Of a DNA stretch of 64,000 nucleotides, positions 18,200 to 28,012 are shown in pieces (within the stretch, counting starts at the first letter, position 1; every line of letters starts with the position of its first letter). This stretch comes from Candidatus Moranbacteria bacterium GW2011_GWE2_35_2- (lineage in GTDB: Bacteria; Patescibacteriota; Minisyncoccia; Moranbacterales; UBA9337). Made by a program: the position numbers and the translations under genes. Below the pieces are notes generated by a model. That model did not search any database, was not told the DNA's origin, and saw only the letters and a program-made list of their open reading frames with translations. The stretch spans positions 141,501 through 205,500 of the forward strand of contig LBQD01000001.1 of NCBI GenBank assembly GCA_000990585.1, read 5' to 3'.

Positions 18200-19429
18200 T
18201 TATTTAAATTCACTCAAAACATTTCCGGAAATTTTTCGGAGCCTTTGGACAGTTTCTTTGAGTACTTTAACAGTCCTGTCCAGTTCCGCTTTTGTGGTAT
18301 ATTTCCCGATGGTTATGCGCAAACTTCCATGCGCTTGTTCATGCTTAAGTCCCAACGCCAAGAGTACGTGAGATGGCTCAAGCGCCCCGGATGAACAAGC
18401 ACTGCCGGTTGAAGTGGCGATTCCTTCCAAATCCAAAGAAAGAATAAGTCCCTCCCCTTCCACATTATCAAAACGAAAATTAGCATTATTCGGTGAACGC
18501 TTTTCTTTTGAACCATTCAGATATGCGGCGGGAATTTCTGTTAATACTCGTTTAATCAAATAATCCCTTAGTGAAATAATCTTTTTTATTATTGCTTGCT
18601 GTTTACCACTAGCTGTTAGCATATCAACTGCCTTCCCTAGTCCGACAATTCCCGTAACATTGTGAGTTCCGGCGCGGAGTTTGTATTCTTGATCGCCGCC
18701 ATCTTGAATTCTGCGAATCGGCGTACCTCTTTTTGCAAACAAAACCCCCACTCCCTTGGGACCATATATTTTGTGTCCGGAAAATGAAAGCAAATCCACT
18801 CCAATTTTTTTCACATTGCAATCAAAATAATTTACACTCTGGGTTGCATCGGTATGCAACAATGGATAATGAATTCCTTGATTGTTACTTCTCAATTTTT
18901 GGATTAATTTTCCAATTTCCGCAATTGGCTGGACTGTTCCGATCTCATTGTTCACATACATAATTGAAATCAAAATTGTATTTGGCTTGATCGCTTTTTT
19001 GACATCCGCAATTTTCACAATTCCATCCCTCCCTACTGGCAAAAAAGTAATTTCCGCCAAACCTTCTTTTTTCATCGCATGGCAAGCATCCAAAACGCAA
19101 TGATGCTCAAAGACGGTTGTAACGATGTGCGGGATTTCTCCTTTTTTGCGCGAAACGGAATAGAATGATTTTACCACACCTTTAACAGTGAGATTATTGC
19201 TTTCTGTGGCTCCGGAAGTGAAAATTATTTCCGAAGGAGAACAGTTGAAAAATTTTGCCACTCTTTCCCTGGCTGTGTCAATTGCTTGCTGGGCCTCTTG
19301 TCCAAAATTATGCACGGACATTGCATTTCCAAACTTCTCGGAAAAATAGGGTATCATTTCCTTCATTACATTTTTGTCGACTGGCGTAGTCGCCGCATAA
19401 TCCAAATATATTCCCTTATTGTTGTTCAT
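18200..19429 (-). CDS. iscS: Cysteine desulfurase (IscS/NifS, class V aminotransferase)
   Basis: PLP-lysine region SFSGHKIYGPKGVGVL. Active-site Cys in ATSTGSACSSG. Confidence 0.9.
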   Translation of the reverse strand: MNNNKGIYLDYAATTPVDKNVMKEMIPYFSEKFGNAMSVHNFGQEAQQAIDTARERVAKFFNCSPSEIIFTSGATESNNLTVKGVVKSFYSVSRKKGEIPHIVTTVFEHHCVLDACHAMKKEGLAEITFLPVGRDGIVKIADVKKAIKPNTILISIMYVNNEIGTVQPIAEIGKLIQKLRSNNQGIHYPLLHTDATQSVNYFDCNVKKIGVDLLSFSGHKIYGPKGVGVLFAKRGTPIRRIQDGGDQEYKLRAGTHNVTGIVGLGKAVDMLTASGKQQAIIKKIISLRDYLIKRVLTEIPAAYLNGSKEKRSPNNANFRFDNVEGEGLILSLDLEGIATSTGSACSSGALEPSHVLLALGLKHEQAHGSLRITIGKYTTKAELDRTVKVLKETVQRLRKISGNVLSEFK

Positions 19430-19474
19430 ATTTTTTATAAATAAATTTATTTTTTACTTTTTATTTTCTAAATA

Positions 19475-19861
19475 CTATTTTATTAAATCTTCTAGCGTGA
19501 TATTTTTCAATGTTTTTCTAATCTGAATTCCGAGGGCAACCCAGACTTTTTTTGACCGGCAATTTTTGGAAGTACAATGTGAACTTTCGCATTTCATAAA
19601 CTCCAAAGGACCTTCCAGTGTTTCGATAATTTCTCCGACATTAATTTTTTTCGGTTCGCGCGCCAAAACATATCCTCCCATTTTCCCCTTTTGACTCACA
19701 ACCAGATTTTTTTTGCGCATATATCCCATCAAACGTTCCAAATATTTGAAAGAGATTTTCTCTTCTCCGGAAACATCACTAAGACTCTTAATTTCCGGAT
19801 AGGCATCCGCCAAATTAATAATCGCCCGCAGGCCATATTCAGCTTTAGTCGAAAAACGCAT
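19475..19861 (-). CDS. iscR: Rrf2-family transcriptional regulator (IscR-like)
   Basis: N-terminal wHTH MRFSTKAEYGLRAIINLA typical of Rrf2. Heads the iscS-iscU operon. Confidence 0.75.
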   Translation of the reverse strand: MRFSTKAEYGLRAIINLADAYPEIKSLSDVSGEEKISFKYLERLMGYMRKKNLVVSQKGKMGGYVLAREPKKINVGEIIETLEGPLEFMKCESSHCTSKNCRSKKVWVALGIQIRKTLKNITLEDLIK

Positions 19862-20130
19862 AATATATAAATTTATCTAAATCCATCCCCTACTAATCTA
19901 GTATGCTTTAATAATAATACTTTCAAAAAAAGATGTCAATGGCTTCGCAATAGCCCAGCTTGGAATAAATAAAAAATCACACAAACTATTATATAGTAAC
20001 ATTATTTGCCAACAATTCATTATCTAAAATTTAATCAATATATTGCAATTGCCATAATGTGATTAAGAATTAAAGTCAAGATCAATAATTAAATAACTTT
20101 AATAATTAACACCCAGACTATCAATAAATT

Positions 20131-20194
20131 TACTTTTTCCCACGGTCGTGGAAAAAAGTAAATTTTTAACATAATTATACGGTCGTATAATTAT
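20131..20194. promoter_or_regulatory. Two adjacent near-perfect palindromes sharing an ACGGTCGT core. Candidate operators in the iscR / nuclease divergent intergenic region.
   Basis: P1 is TACTTTTTCCCACGG TCGTGGAAAAAGTA at 20131-20159. P2 is CATAATTATACG GT CGTATAATTATG at 20169-20194, with perfect 12-bp arms. Centres are 36 bp apart. Confidence 0.45.
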
Positions 20195-20301
20195 GTTATT
20201 TTTTATTTTCCAAAAAAATATTTATTGGATTTTTCTTTATTGTCGACATTGCTTAGTGGGCGTGATATAATTTTAAATAATCAGTGATAAACAACAAAAT
20301 T

Positions 20302-21432
20302 ATGCGAATATCATATAGCGCGTTGGAAACATATCGTAATTGTCCGCTTAAATACAAATATCAAAATATTGATAAAATCAAAGAACCTAAGAGTAAAGAG
20401 GCGGTTTTTGGGACAATTATTCACAGCGCTCTAAAATTTGCTCATACTCCGGGCATTCTTTCCCCTACCCTTGAACAAACACTGGATTATTTTTCCCGTA
20501 ATTGGAACAGTGATGTTTTTGAAGTGGAAGCTGAAGAACGCGCGGCTTTTTCCCAAGGCGTGGAAATGATTCGAAAATACTATGAAAAAAACAACATTGC
20601 GGCAACTAATATCGTTGATTTAGAGAGTCGATTTGCGATTGATTTAGAAGGTAATGTTATTTCCGGAATAATTGACCGCATTGACAAAACAGATGATGGC
20701 TATGAAATTATTGACTATAAAACTGCCAAAAAAATGCCTTCGCAAGAATATGTTGATAATAATCTTCAGCTGTCGGTTTATTTGAAAGCATTTTTAGTTC
20801 GTTATCCGGAGGAAGCGAAAAATTTAGAAAAAATAAAGGTGAGTTTATATTTTCTTAAACACGGAGTAAAACTCACCGCTAGCCGAAATTTGCAACAACT
20901 TCAAAAAATCGATGAGGAATTTTTGGAAGTTATTAAAAATATCGAGGAGAGAAAATTTGATCCGAATATCACTCCACTTTGTGATTGGTGTGGATATCAG
21001 AAACTTTGCCCGATGTGGCGACACAAATTTAAAAATGAAAGAAAAATTGATACGGAAGATGTGAATCAAATGATCGGAGAATATATCGTCGCTAAAGAAG
21101 AATCTAAGAGTTTGAGATATAAAATAGCCGCGCTTCAAGAAAAAGTTTCACAATATATGGATCAGGAAGGAGTTGAAAGGGTTTTTTCAGAAAATGGAAT
21201 AATCGTCAGAACACTGCGATCAACCTACAAATATGATGAAAAGAAAATAAGAGAAATTCTAGCGCCATTGGGACAATGGGAAAATGTAGTTAAAATTGAC
21301 GCCATCGCTTTGAAAAAGATTATTCCCGCCTTACCTGTTTCTATTCGTAATGAAATAGACTTGGCGCGGGAAATAAGCAAACAATCAAGCAGTTTTAGTA
21401 TTAAAAAGCAAAATGAGACAGAGGAAGAGTAA
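20302..21432 (+). CDS. Cas4/RecB-like PD-(D/E)xK nuclease with a 4-Cys Fe-S cluster motif and a ~170-aa C-terminal extension of unknown function
   Basis: An N-terminal Cys (YRNCPLKY). Nuclease motifs IIDRIDK...YEIIDYKT (D...ExK). A C-terminal C-x2-C-x5-C in PLCDWCGYQKLCP. This is the Cas4/AddB-type arrangement. Confidence 0.7.
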   Translation: MRISYSALETYRNCPLKYKYQNIDKIKEPKSKEAVFGTIIHSALKFAHTPGILSPTLEQTLDYFSRNWNSDVFEVEAEERAAFSQGVEMIRKYYEKNNIAATNIVDLESRFAIDLEGNVISGIIDRIDKTDDGYEIIDYKTAKKMPSQEYVDNNLQLSVYLKAFLVRYPEEAKNLEKIKVSLYFLKHGVKLTASRNLQQLQKIDEEFLEVIKNIEERKFDPNITPLCDWCGYQKLCPMWRHKFKNERKIDTEDVNQMIGEYIVAKEESKSLRYKIAALQEKVSQYMDQEGVERVFSENGIIVRTLRSTYKYDEKKIREILAPLGQWENVVKIDAIALKKIIPALPVSIRNEIDLAREISKQSSSFSIKKQNETEEE

Positions 21433-21439
21433 ATATTTT

Positions 21440-22141
21440 TTATCCAATCAATGTTCCGTCAAATTTTTTCCCATCTAAATATTTATTTAAATTATCCAAA
21501 TCTTTCCCATTCATAATTGCGACTTGAAAGCCTTCTTTCTCTGCCATCTCCGCTGCAATTGGATCAAATGGGGTATTGAGTCCGGGGCTCCATTTTTTTT
21601 CAAACATATTGCGAAAATCTTTCCATGAAATATTTCTTATTTCTCGAGCAGTGAAATACTTTCTAGGATCCTTGTCATATACGTAGCTTATATTTGAAAG
21701 ATTAATGATTTGTTTTATTGCCATCTTTTTCGCCAGACTAACAGCAATATAATCAGTAGAATTTCCCGGCTTCCATCCGGAAGCTATCACAACCATTGCA
21801 TTAGAATTGATACATTCTTCGATTTTTTCCATACTGGTGATTATTTTCATATAAGCATTCTTATAGAAAATAGTTCGAACAAAATGCGCGTTCATTCTGG
21901 TTGCGTGTATTCCAATCCAATCTTTGTCTTCATCGGTAATTTCTCCAACTTCATCTGCTGCTGAAATATAATTACGCGCCAACTTTCCTCCTCCGACAAC
22001 CAAAATAAAACGAAAATCATCCTTTATTTTACTTTCAATTATCTTTTTGAAATCACGAACAAAAGCAACGTCTACTTCTTCCGGAACAACCAATGAACCT
22101 CCCAATGAAATGATAATTGTCTTTATTTCAGTTTTTTTCAT
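21440..22141 (-). CDS. pyrH: Amino-acid-kinase family protein, most likely UMP kinase (archaeal-like PyrH)
   Basis: IIISLGGSLV N-terminal kinase motif. VVGGGKLARNY (GGG loop). GWKPGNSTDYIAVSLA. Confidence 0.55.
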   Translation of the reverse strand: MKKTEIKTIIISLGGSLVVPEEVDVAFVRDFKKIIESKIKDDFRFILVVGGGKLARNYISAADEVGEITDEDKDWIGIHATRMNAHFVRTIFYKNAYMKIITSMEKIEECINSNAMVVIASGWKPGNSTDYIAVSLAKKMAIKQIINLSNISYVYDKDPRKYFTAREIRNISWKDFRNMFEKKWSPGLNTPFDPIAAEMAEKEGFQVAIMNGKDLDNLNKYLDGKKFDGTLIG

Positions 22142-23042
22142 AATTTATTTTTTTATTTTGAATGTTATATCCTGTTATAAGTAAGGCGGATGCGATAAAA
22201 ATTGACGAATATGTTCCAAATGATACCCCGATTAGTAATACTAGCGCAAAATCTTTGATTGATTCTCCTCCGAAAATATAAATTGCAAGTAAGGTTATAA
22301 TAACAGTGATTGAGGTATTGATTGAACGCACTAAAGTTTCATTTAAGCTGCGGTTTACTACGAGAGGAAAACTTTCACCCGAAGAATTTCTTAGTAAATT
22401 TTCACGAATTCTGTCATATACAACAATTGTGTCATGAACGGAAAATCCGAGAATTGTCAGAAGAGCTGCAATAAACGGAATACCAATTTCAGTCCCGTAA
22501 AAATGTCCGAAAATAGAAAATGCTCCAATTGTAATTAATACATCATGAATCAATGCGATAACCGCTCCCACTCCATATTTCCATGACTGAACTGGACGAG
22601 AAACCTTTCGAAAAGCAAAAGCAATAAAAGTCATAATGCCGGCAGTTGCCCAGAAAAGAGCCCAAAGTGAATTTTTTCGCAGTTCATTGGAGACTGATGC
22701 ATCTCGATAATTAACTTTTATCTGCGTTGCCTCGGGATATTTCTCGCTTATTTTTTCCCATACAGCTTGATTGGTGTCATCAGCCAATGAAGCGTAGCTT
22801 AGCAATAGAGAGTCCTCTCCCTTACCTTGAATTGTAAGGCTGTTGAGTTTTAATTCGTTTAATATTTCTAAAGTTTCTTCATTTGTGGGAATATTTTGAG
22901 AAAATTTCACCTCCATCACTGTTCCTCCTGTAAAATCAATTCCAAATCTGAGACCCCATACAAAAAGACTCACAATGCTTAATGTTGTTAATATTAATGA
23001 AAAAATATATGCATATTTGGTTTTTGAAATTATATTAATCAT
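22128..23042 (-). CDS. secF: Protein translocase subunit SecF
   Basis: Six-TM SecD/F architecture with a periplasmic loop. Immediately downstream of secD. Confidence 0.85.
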   Translation of the reverse strand: MINIISKTKYAYIFSLILTTLSIVSLFVWGLRFGIDFTGGTVMEVKFSQNIPTNEETLEILNELKLNSLTIQGKGEDSLLLSYASLADDTNQAVWEKISEKYPEATQIKVNYRDASVSNELRKNSLWALFWATAGIMTFIAFAFRKVSRPVQSWKYGVGAVIALIHDVLITIGAFSIFGHFYGTEIGIPFIAALLTILGFSVHDTIVVYDRIRENLLRNSSGESFPLVVNRSLNETLVRSINTSITVIITLLAIYIFGGESIKDFALVLLIGVSFGTYSSIFIASALLITGYNIQNKKINYEKN

Positions 23043-23058
23043 CGTTTATTTTTTAAAA

Positions 23059-24756
23059 TCAATTATTTTTTTGAGTATCTTCTTTTTTTAATCCAACCAG
23101 CCATAGTTTATTTGAAATCCACTCACCCAAAATAAAATTTAATAATGTTCGGGAAATTATAATTGCTGTAAACATTGAAAGTAATACTCCAACAATAAGC
23201 GTTATTGCAAAGCCTTTCACGAATCCGGTTCCCAATTCAATTAAAATGAAAGATGTGATGATGGAAGAAAAGTTTCCATCGCGAATCGAAGTCCATGCGC
23301 GTTTGAATCCTTCATCCAATGCTCCTGTAATAGTTCTTCCTTTGCGAATTTCCTCTTTTGTTCGTTCAAAAATCAAAATATTCGCATCCACTGCCATTCC
23401 AACTGATAAAATAAATCCGGCAATTCCGGGAAGCGTTAGGGTGATTTGCCAAGGAGTAAGACCGGATAGTTTGAAAATAGATACCATTAAGGCGGCATAG
23501 ATTAATAGTGCTATTGAAGCAATTAATCCTAAAAATCTATAATATGCAATCATGAATAACATAACCAATCCGAGTCCGATATATCCAGCTTTTAAGCTTG
23601 TTATTAGGGATTTTTCTCCAAGAGAAGCATCTACGCTTTCTTGGCTCACCAAATTAATCGGAACAGGCAAAGCGCCTTCATTTAATCTTTTTACCAAATC
23701 TTTTGCCTCATCAAGAGAAAAATTTCCCGTAATTACCGCTTCGCCGTTTGTTATTTCCACTTGAACCGTAGGTGCACTAATGATTTCTCCATCCAAATAA
23801 ATGGCAATACTTTTGCCGATATTGTTTTTTGTGAGTTCGGAGAATAATTTTGTTCCCTCATTATCAAATTTCAACGCCACTTGAGGCTCGGAAAGTCCTT
23901 GGCTTGCAAATTCGACGGTGGCATTTTTCAAATTTTTTCCCGTAAGTCCGGTTGCTTCATATTTCAAATCCGCAAACATATCAATAGTTGCTTTGGCAAA
24001 AAGAATATGCTCGGCTCGCACTTCTTTTTCACCCCCTTCTTCGCGCGATTCCATTTTTTTGATAATATGCCACCCGTAAAGAGTTTCGATTAAATCGGGG
24101 TAGATTTGTCCGTTTTTGACGTCATCATTGAAAAGTATGGCATCAAATTCTTCAACAAATTCTCCTTTTTTCACAAAACCTAAATCTCCTCCCGCGTCTT
24201 TTGAGCCGGGATCTTGACTGTATTCTTTCGCTAATTCTTCAAAATTGCTGTTTTCCGCGAGTGCTTGTGCTAGAACATATTCTGCTTGTTTTTTTGATTG
24301 TTCATTGATCGGATCAAGCACGTTTTTTATTTTTTGATCATTCGGATCAATTTCCCTTTTGAACTCCAAAAGTGGAGTTTCTTTGATTAAATTCTTTGCT
24401 TGATTTATATCTTTTATTCCCGCCAATTCTACAATTAATCTGCGTTGTTCTCCGGATTTTGTCGTATAGATTGTCGGTTCGGCTACTCCAAAAGCATTAA
24501 CCCTTCTTTCAATCACGTCTTGTACCGCTTGCATTGATTCCTCAATTTTTGAGCTATCGATTTTACTCAAATCTGCATCGTATTCAAGATGAATTCCTCC
24601 TTGCAAGTCTAATCCAAGATTTATTTTTAATTTATTAATACTCTCATATATAGGAGAAATAAACTTAACCACGCGAGGATAAGAAACAATTCCGGCCAAA
24701 ACAGCCAGGATAATAATTGACGCGAATTTTATTCTTGTTTTTTTGATTACGTTCAT
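23059..24756 (-). CDS. secD: Protein translocase subunit SecD carrying an embedded parvulin-type PPIase domain in the periplasmic head
   Basis: SecD signature LGLDLQGGIHLEY and the C-terminal TM bundle. The internal segment ...SKDAGGDLGFVKKGEFVEEFD...LYGWHIIKKME has the parvulin GG-LG / GWHII signature. Confidence 0.85.
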   Translation of the reverse strand: MNVIKKTRIKFASIIILAVLAGIVSYPRVVKFISPIYESINKLKINLGLDLQGGIHLEYDADLSKIDSSKIEESMQAVQDVIERRVNAFGVAEPTIYTTKSGEQRRLIVELAGIKDINQAKNLIKETPLLEFKREIDPNDQKIKNVLDPINEQSKKQAEYVLAQALAENSNFEELAKEYSQDPGSKDAGGDLGFVKKGEFVEEFDAILFNDDVKNGQIYPDLIETLYGWHIIKKMESREEGGEKEVRAEHILFAKATIDMFADLKYEATGLTGKNLKNATVEFASQGLSEPQVALKFDNEGTKLFSELTKNNIGKSIAIYLDGEIISAPTVQVEITNGEAVITGNFSLDEAKDLVKRLNEGALPVPINLVSQESVDASLGEKSLITSLKAGYIGLGLVMLFMIAYYRFLGLIASIALLIYAALMVSIFKLSGLTPWQITLTLPGIAGFILSVGMAVDANILIFERTKEEIRKGRTITGALDEGFKRAWTSIRDGNFSSIITSFILIELGTGFVKGFAITLIVGVLLSMFTAIIISRTLLNFILGEWISNKLWLVGLKKEDTQKNN

Positions 24757-24802
24757 ATCTTATCTGAGTATAAACCAATAAAAAAAGGTTTTCAAGTGTT
24801 TG

Positions 24803-27478
24803 TTATTTTCTTCCGCAGCACTTCTTGTATTTTCTTCCGCTTCCGCACGGACACAAATCATTTCGACCGGGAATTTTTTCTACGCGAATAGGTTTTTGTT
24901 TAGGAGTTTCTCCTGATGCGTTGACGGATGCTGATAATTGCTGATTTTTTAAAGTTTGAAATTGTTTCACTTGCTCATCCGCTCCTTGAAATTTCCAATT
25001 TTCTTTTTTGTCATCAATTTGCGATTGTTCGATTGGACGCGCCAAAGTTATTTTGAAAATCGTATTTACGATCGTTAGATGAATATTTTTTATTAACTCT
25101 GTGAAAAGATTATAGGCTTCTTTTTTATATTCAATTAATGGATCGCGTTGTCCATATCCGCGCAATCCGATTCCTTGCCGTAAATAATCAATTTGATCCA
25201 AATGACCTGTCCAGAGAGTGTCAATTGTTTGCAAAATAATCATTTTTTCCACTTTACGCATATTTTCCACTCCGATTTCCTCTTCCTTTTTCGCATAAAC
25301 TTGTTTGGCTTTTCCCATTAAATAATCTAACATCTTGCTTACTTGAGTCGCATTGTCTATGCTTTTATCAGAGCCTATAATTTGAAGCTGTCTTTCGTCC
25401 GCGTCCGCCAAGGGAAAAATTCCTGAAATATCACTCATTATAGTTTTAATATCCCAAGGACAATCACCTTCTTTGCAACGGGAGGAAATAATCATTTCCA
25501 GCTCTTCGGAAATATATTGAAAAATATCATTGCGTGCGCTTGCGATTTCTAGAATTTTTCTCCGTTTGCGATAAATAACTTCTCGCTGTTTATTCATCAC
25601 ATCATCGTATTCCAAAACGTGTTTGCGAATATCAAAATTAAATCCTTCTATTTTTGATTGTGCATTTTCGATAGTACGGGAAATTATTTTATTTTGAATC
25701 GGTTGATCATCCGGCAATCCAAGGGTATTCATCATATTTTTCATTCGATCACCGCCAAAGCGACGCATCAATTCATCTTCAAGGGAAACATAAAATTGGG
25801 AACTTCCGGGGTCGCCTTGTCGTCCGGCGCGACCGCGAAGCTGATTATCAATTCGGCGCGCCTCATGCCGCTCTGTTCCGATAATAAAAAGTCCGCCCAA
25901 TTCGCGTACGCCCTCCCCTAGTTTGATGTCAGTTCCGCGTCCTGCCATATTTGTTGCAATTGTAACGGCGCCTTTTTGTCCGGCATCGGAAATTATTTGC
26001 GCTTCTTTTTCATGTTGCTTGGCATTAAGGACTTGATGTTTTATGTTTTCTCTTTCTAAGAGCTCACTGAGATGTTCTGACTTCTCAATTGCTACTGTTC
26101 CAACCAAGATCGGTTGTCCGGTTTGACTGATTTTTTTTATTTCCTCCACAATCGCTCCGAATTTACTTTTTTCGGTTTTATATATAATATCCGGCAAGTC
26201 TTTTCTTTGCGCATTGACATTTGTTGGAACTTCCACTACATCCAATTTGTATACCTTGGAAAATTCCTCGGCGCTTGTAGTGGCTGTTCCAGTCATACCG
26301 GCAAGCTTTTTATACATTCGAAAATAATTTTGAAAAGTAATTGTTGCCAAAGTTTTCGATTCGCGCTGAATAGCAACGCCTTCTTTTGCTTCAATTGCTT
26401 GATGTAATCCTTCACTATACCTTCTGCCCTCCATCAAACGTCCAGTAAAATCATCAACAATAATTACTTTCCCATCTTTGACTATATAATCTTTTTCTTT
26501 TTTAAAAAGAATTTCCGCTTTTAAAGATTGTTCCAAATGATGCACATAACCGATTTTTCCAGGTTCATATATATTACCTACCCCCAAAAGATTCTCCACT
26601 TTGGATATCCCATTGTCTGTAAGTGTAACCGTACGCATTTTTTCATCTACTATGAAATCATCCTTTTTTTTCAGGCGTGGAATAATTTGCGCAAATTGCT
26701 GATAGAGCTTGGTTGATTCTGTATCGGGAGCGGAAATAATTAATGGGGTTCGCGCCTCGTCTATTAAAATCGAATCAACTTCGTCAACGATTACATAATT
26801 AAAATCTCGCTGGGAATATTGATCCAGGCTATGTGCCATATTGTCCCGCAAAAAATCAAAACCGAATTCATTATTGGTTCCATAAGTAATATCGCACGCA
26901 TAAGCTTCTTTCCTTGTGATTGGAGAAAGATTTTCCATTTCCACACTTACTTCATTTGAATCAATTAGTTTCGGTTCATATTTATAGGAAGTTTCGTGCA
27001 TAATGCAAGCAGTTGAAAGTCCGAGAAAATTAAAAATAGAACCCATCCAATTACAATCACGTTTTGCTAAATAATCATTAACCGTCACAACATGAACGCC
27101 CCTACCAGAAAGCGCATTGAGGTAAATAGGCAAAGTTGAAGTCAGGGTTTTTCCTTCCCCGGTTTTCATTTCGGCAATTTTTCCTTGATGCAGAATTATT
27201 CCTCCGATCAGCTGAACGTCATAATGCCTCTCGCCAATAACACGGTGCGCTGCTTCGCGTACCACTGCAAACGCTTCCGGAAGAATTTCTTCGATGACAT
27301 TTTTCTCATCTGTCGAATTTTCTATCTTCTTTCTAAATTTTTCAGTTTTTTCTTTTAACTCTTCATCAGAAAGATGGGAAATTTTTTCATCTAAAGAATT
27401 TATCTTATCCACAATTGGCTGAAGTTTCTTTATCTCTCTTTCGTTAGATCCGAATAAGTTTCTAAACAATTTCATCAT
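24803..27478 (-). CDS. secA: Preprotein translocase ATPase SecA
   Basis: DEAD-like motor motifs (MKTGEGKTL, DEVDSILIDEARTPLIIS). C-terminal zinc finger CPCGSGRKYKKCCG. Confidence 0.95.
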   Translation of the reverse strand: MMKLFRNLFGSNEREIKKLQPIVDKINSLDEKISHLSDEELKEKTEKFRKKIENSTDEKNVIEEILPEAFAVVREAAHRVIGERHYDVQLIGGIILHQGKIAEMKTGEGKTLTSTLPIYLNALSGRGVHVVTVNDYLAKRDCNWMGSIFNFLGLSTACIMHETSYKYEPKLIDSNEVSVEMENLSPITRKEAYACDITYGTNNEFGFDFLRDNMAHSLDQYSQRDFNYVIVDEVDSILIDEARTPLIISAPDTESTKLYQQFAQIIPRLKKKDDFIVDEKMRTVTLTDNGISKVENLLGVGNIYEPGKIGYVHHLEQSLKAEILFKKEKDYIVKDGKVIIVDDFTGRLMEGRRYSEGLHQAIEAKEGVAIQRESKTLATITFQNYFRMYKKLAGMTGTATTSAEEFSKVYKLDVVEVPTNVNAQRKDLPDIIYKTEKSKFGAIVEEIKKISQTGQPILVGTVAIEKSEHLSELLERENIKHQVLNAKQHEKEAQIISDAGQKGAVTIATNMAGRGTDIKLGEGVRELGGLFIIGTERHEARRIDNQLRGRAGRQGDPGSSQFYVSLEDELMRRFGGDRMKNMMNTLGLPDDQPIQNKIISRTIENAQSKIEGFNFDIRKHVLEYDDVMNKQREVIYRKRRKILEIASARNDIFQYISEELEMIISSRCKEGDCPWDIKTIMSDISGIFPLADADERQLQIIGSDKSIDNATQVSKMLDYLMGKAKQVYAKKEEEIGVENMRKVEKMIILQTIDTLWTGHLDQIDYLRQGIGLRGYGQRDPLIEYKKEAYNLFTELIKNIHLTIVNTIFKITLARPIEQSQIDDKKENWKFQGADEQVKQFQTLKNQQLSASVNASGETPKQKPIRVEKIPGRNDLCPCGSGRKYKKCCGRK

Positions 27479-27547
27479 AATAATATATCTACTAATTAAA
27501 AAATTTTACCCTCCCAAAGATGAGCGAAAAAAAATACGAACACATAT

Positions 27548-27581
27548 TACGATTTATAGTATAGCAACTAAAAAACCCTTG
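27548..27581 (-). terminator. Rho-independent terminator after hpf
   Basis: Minus strand reads CCCTTTTGACCAAGGG followed by TTTTTTAG. Confidence 0.5.
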
Positions 27582-27618
27582 GTCAAAAGGGAATTTTAGT
27601 AGGTAAGGTATTGTGTTT

Positions 27619-27993
27619 TCAGAACCTCGCCGTTTCATCAATTGCCATTTTCTTTTTTATTGAACGCGCACCGCGTACGATCTTTGTTCGAATCTCGTCT
27701 TTTTTTCGACGGATTTGTGTTTTTAGCTGATTCTCAACTAGATCAACCGATCCTTCAACTGATTCAGTGGTTTCCTCGGCTCGATACAAATTGCGCGGAG
27801 TCATCACCATCACTTCTACTCGGAACTTCCCTTTTTTATCTAAATTGATTTCTACTTCAACTTTCAAAGTATCTGGATCATCTCCATCATATTCTTTTAA
27901 TAATTTTTTAATTGAAGAAATTCTTTTTTCAACATATTCTTTTGTTCTATCATCAATTGTCAGCCCTTTGAGCATAATTCTCATGTTTTCCAT
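27619..27993 (-). CDS. hpf: Ribosome hibernation promoting factor (HPF/RaiA)
   Basis: Typical ~120-aa HPF fold sequence with the KFRVEVMV beta strand and a charged C-terminus. Confidence 0.75.
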   Translation of the reverse strand: MENMRIMLKGLTIDDRTKEYVEKRISSIKKLLKEYDGDDPDTLKVEVEINLDKKGKFRVEVMVMTPRNLYRAEETTESVEGSVDLVENQLKTQIRRKKDEIRTKIVRGARSIKKKMAIDETARF

Positions 27994-28012
27994 AATTATT
28001 TTTATTTAATTA

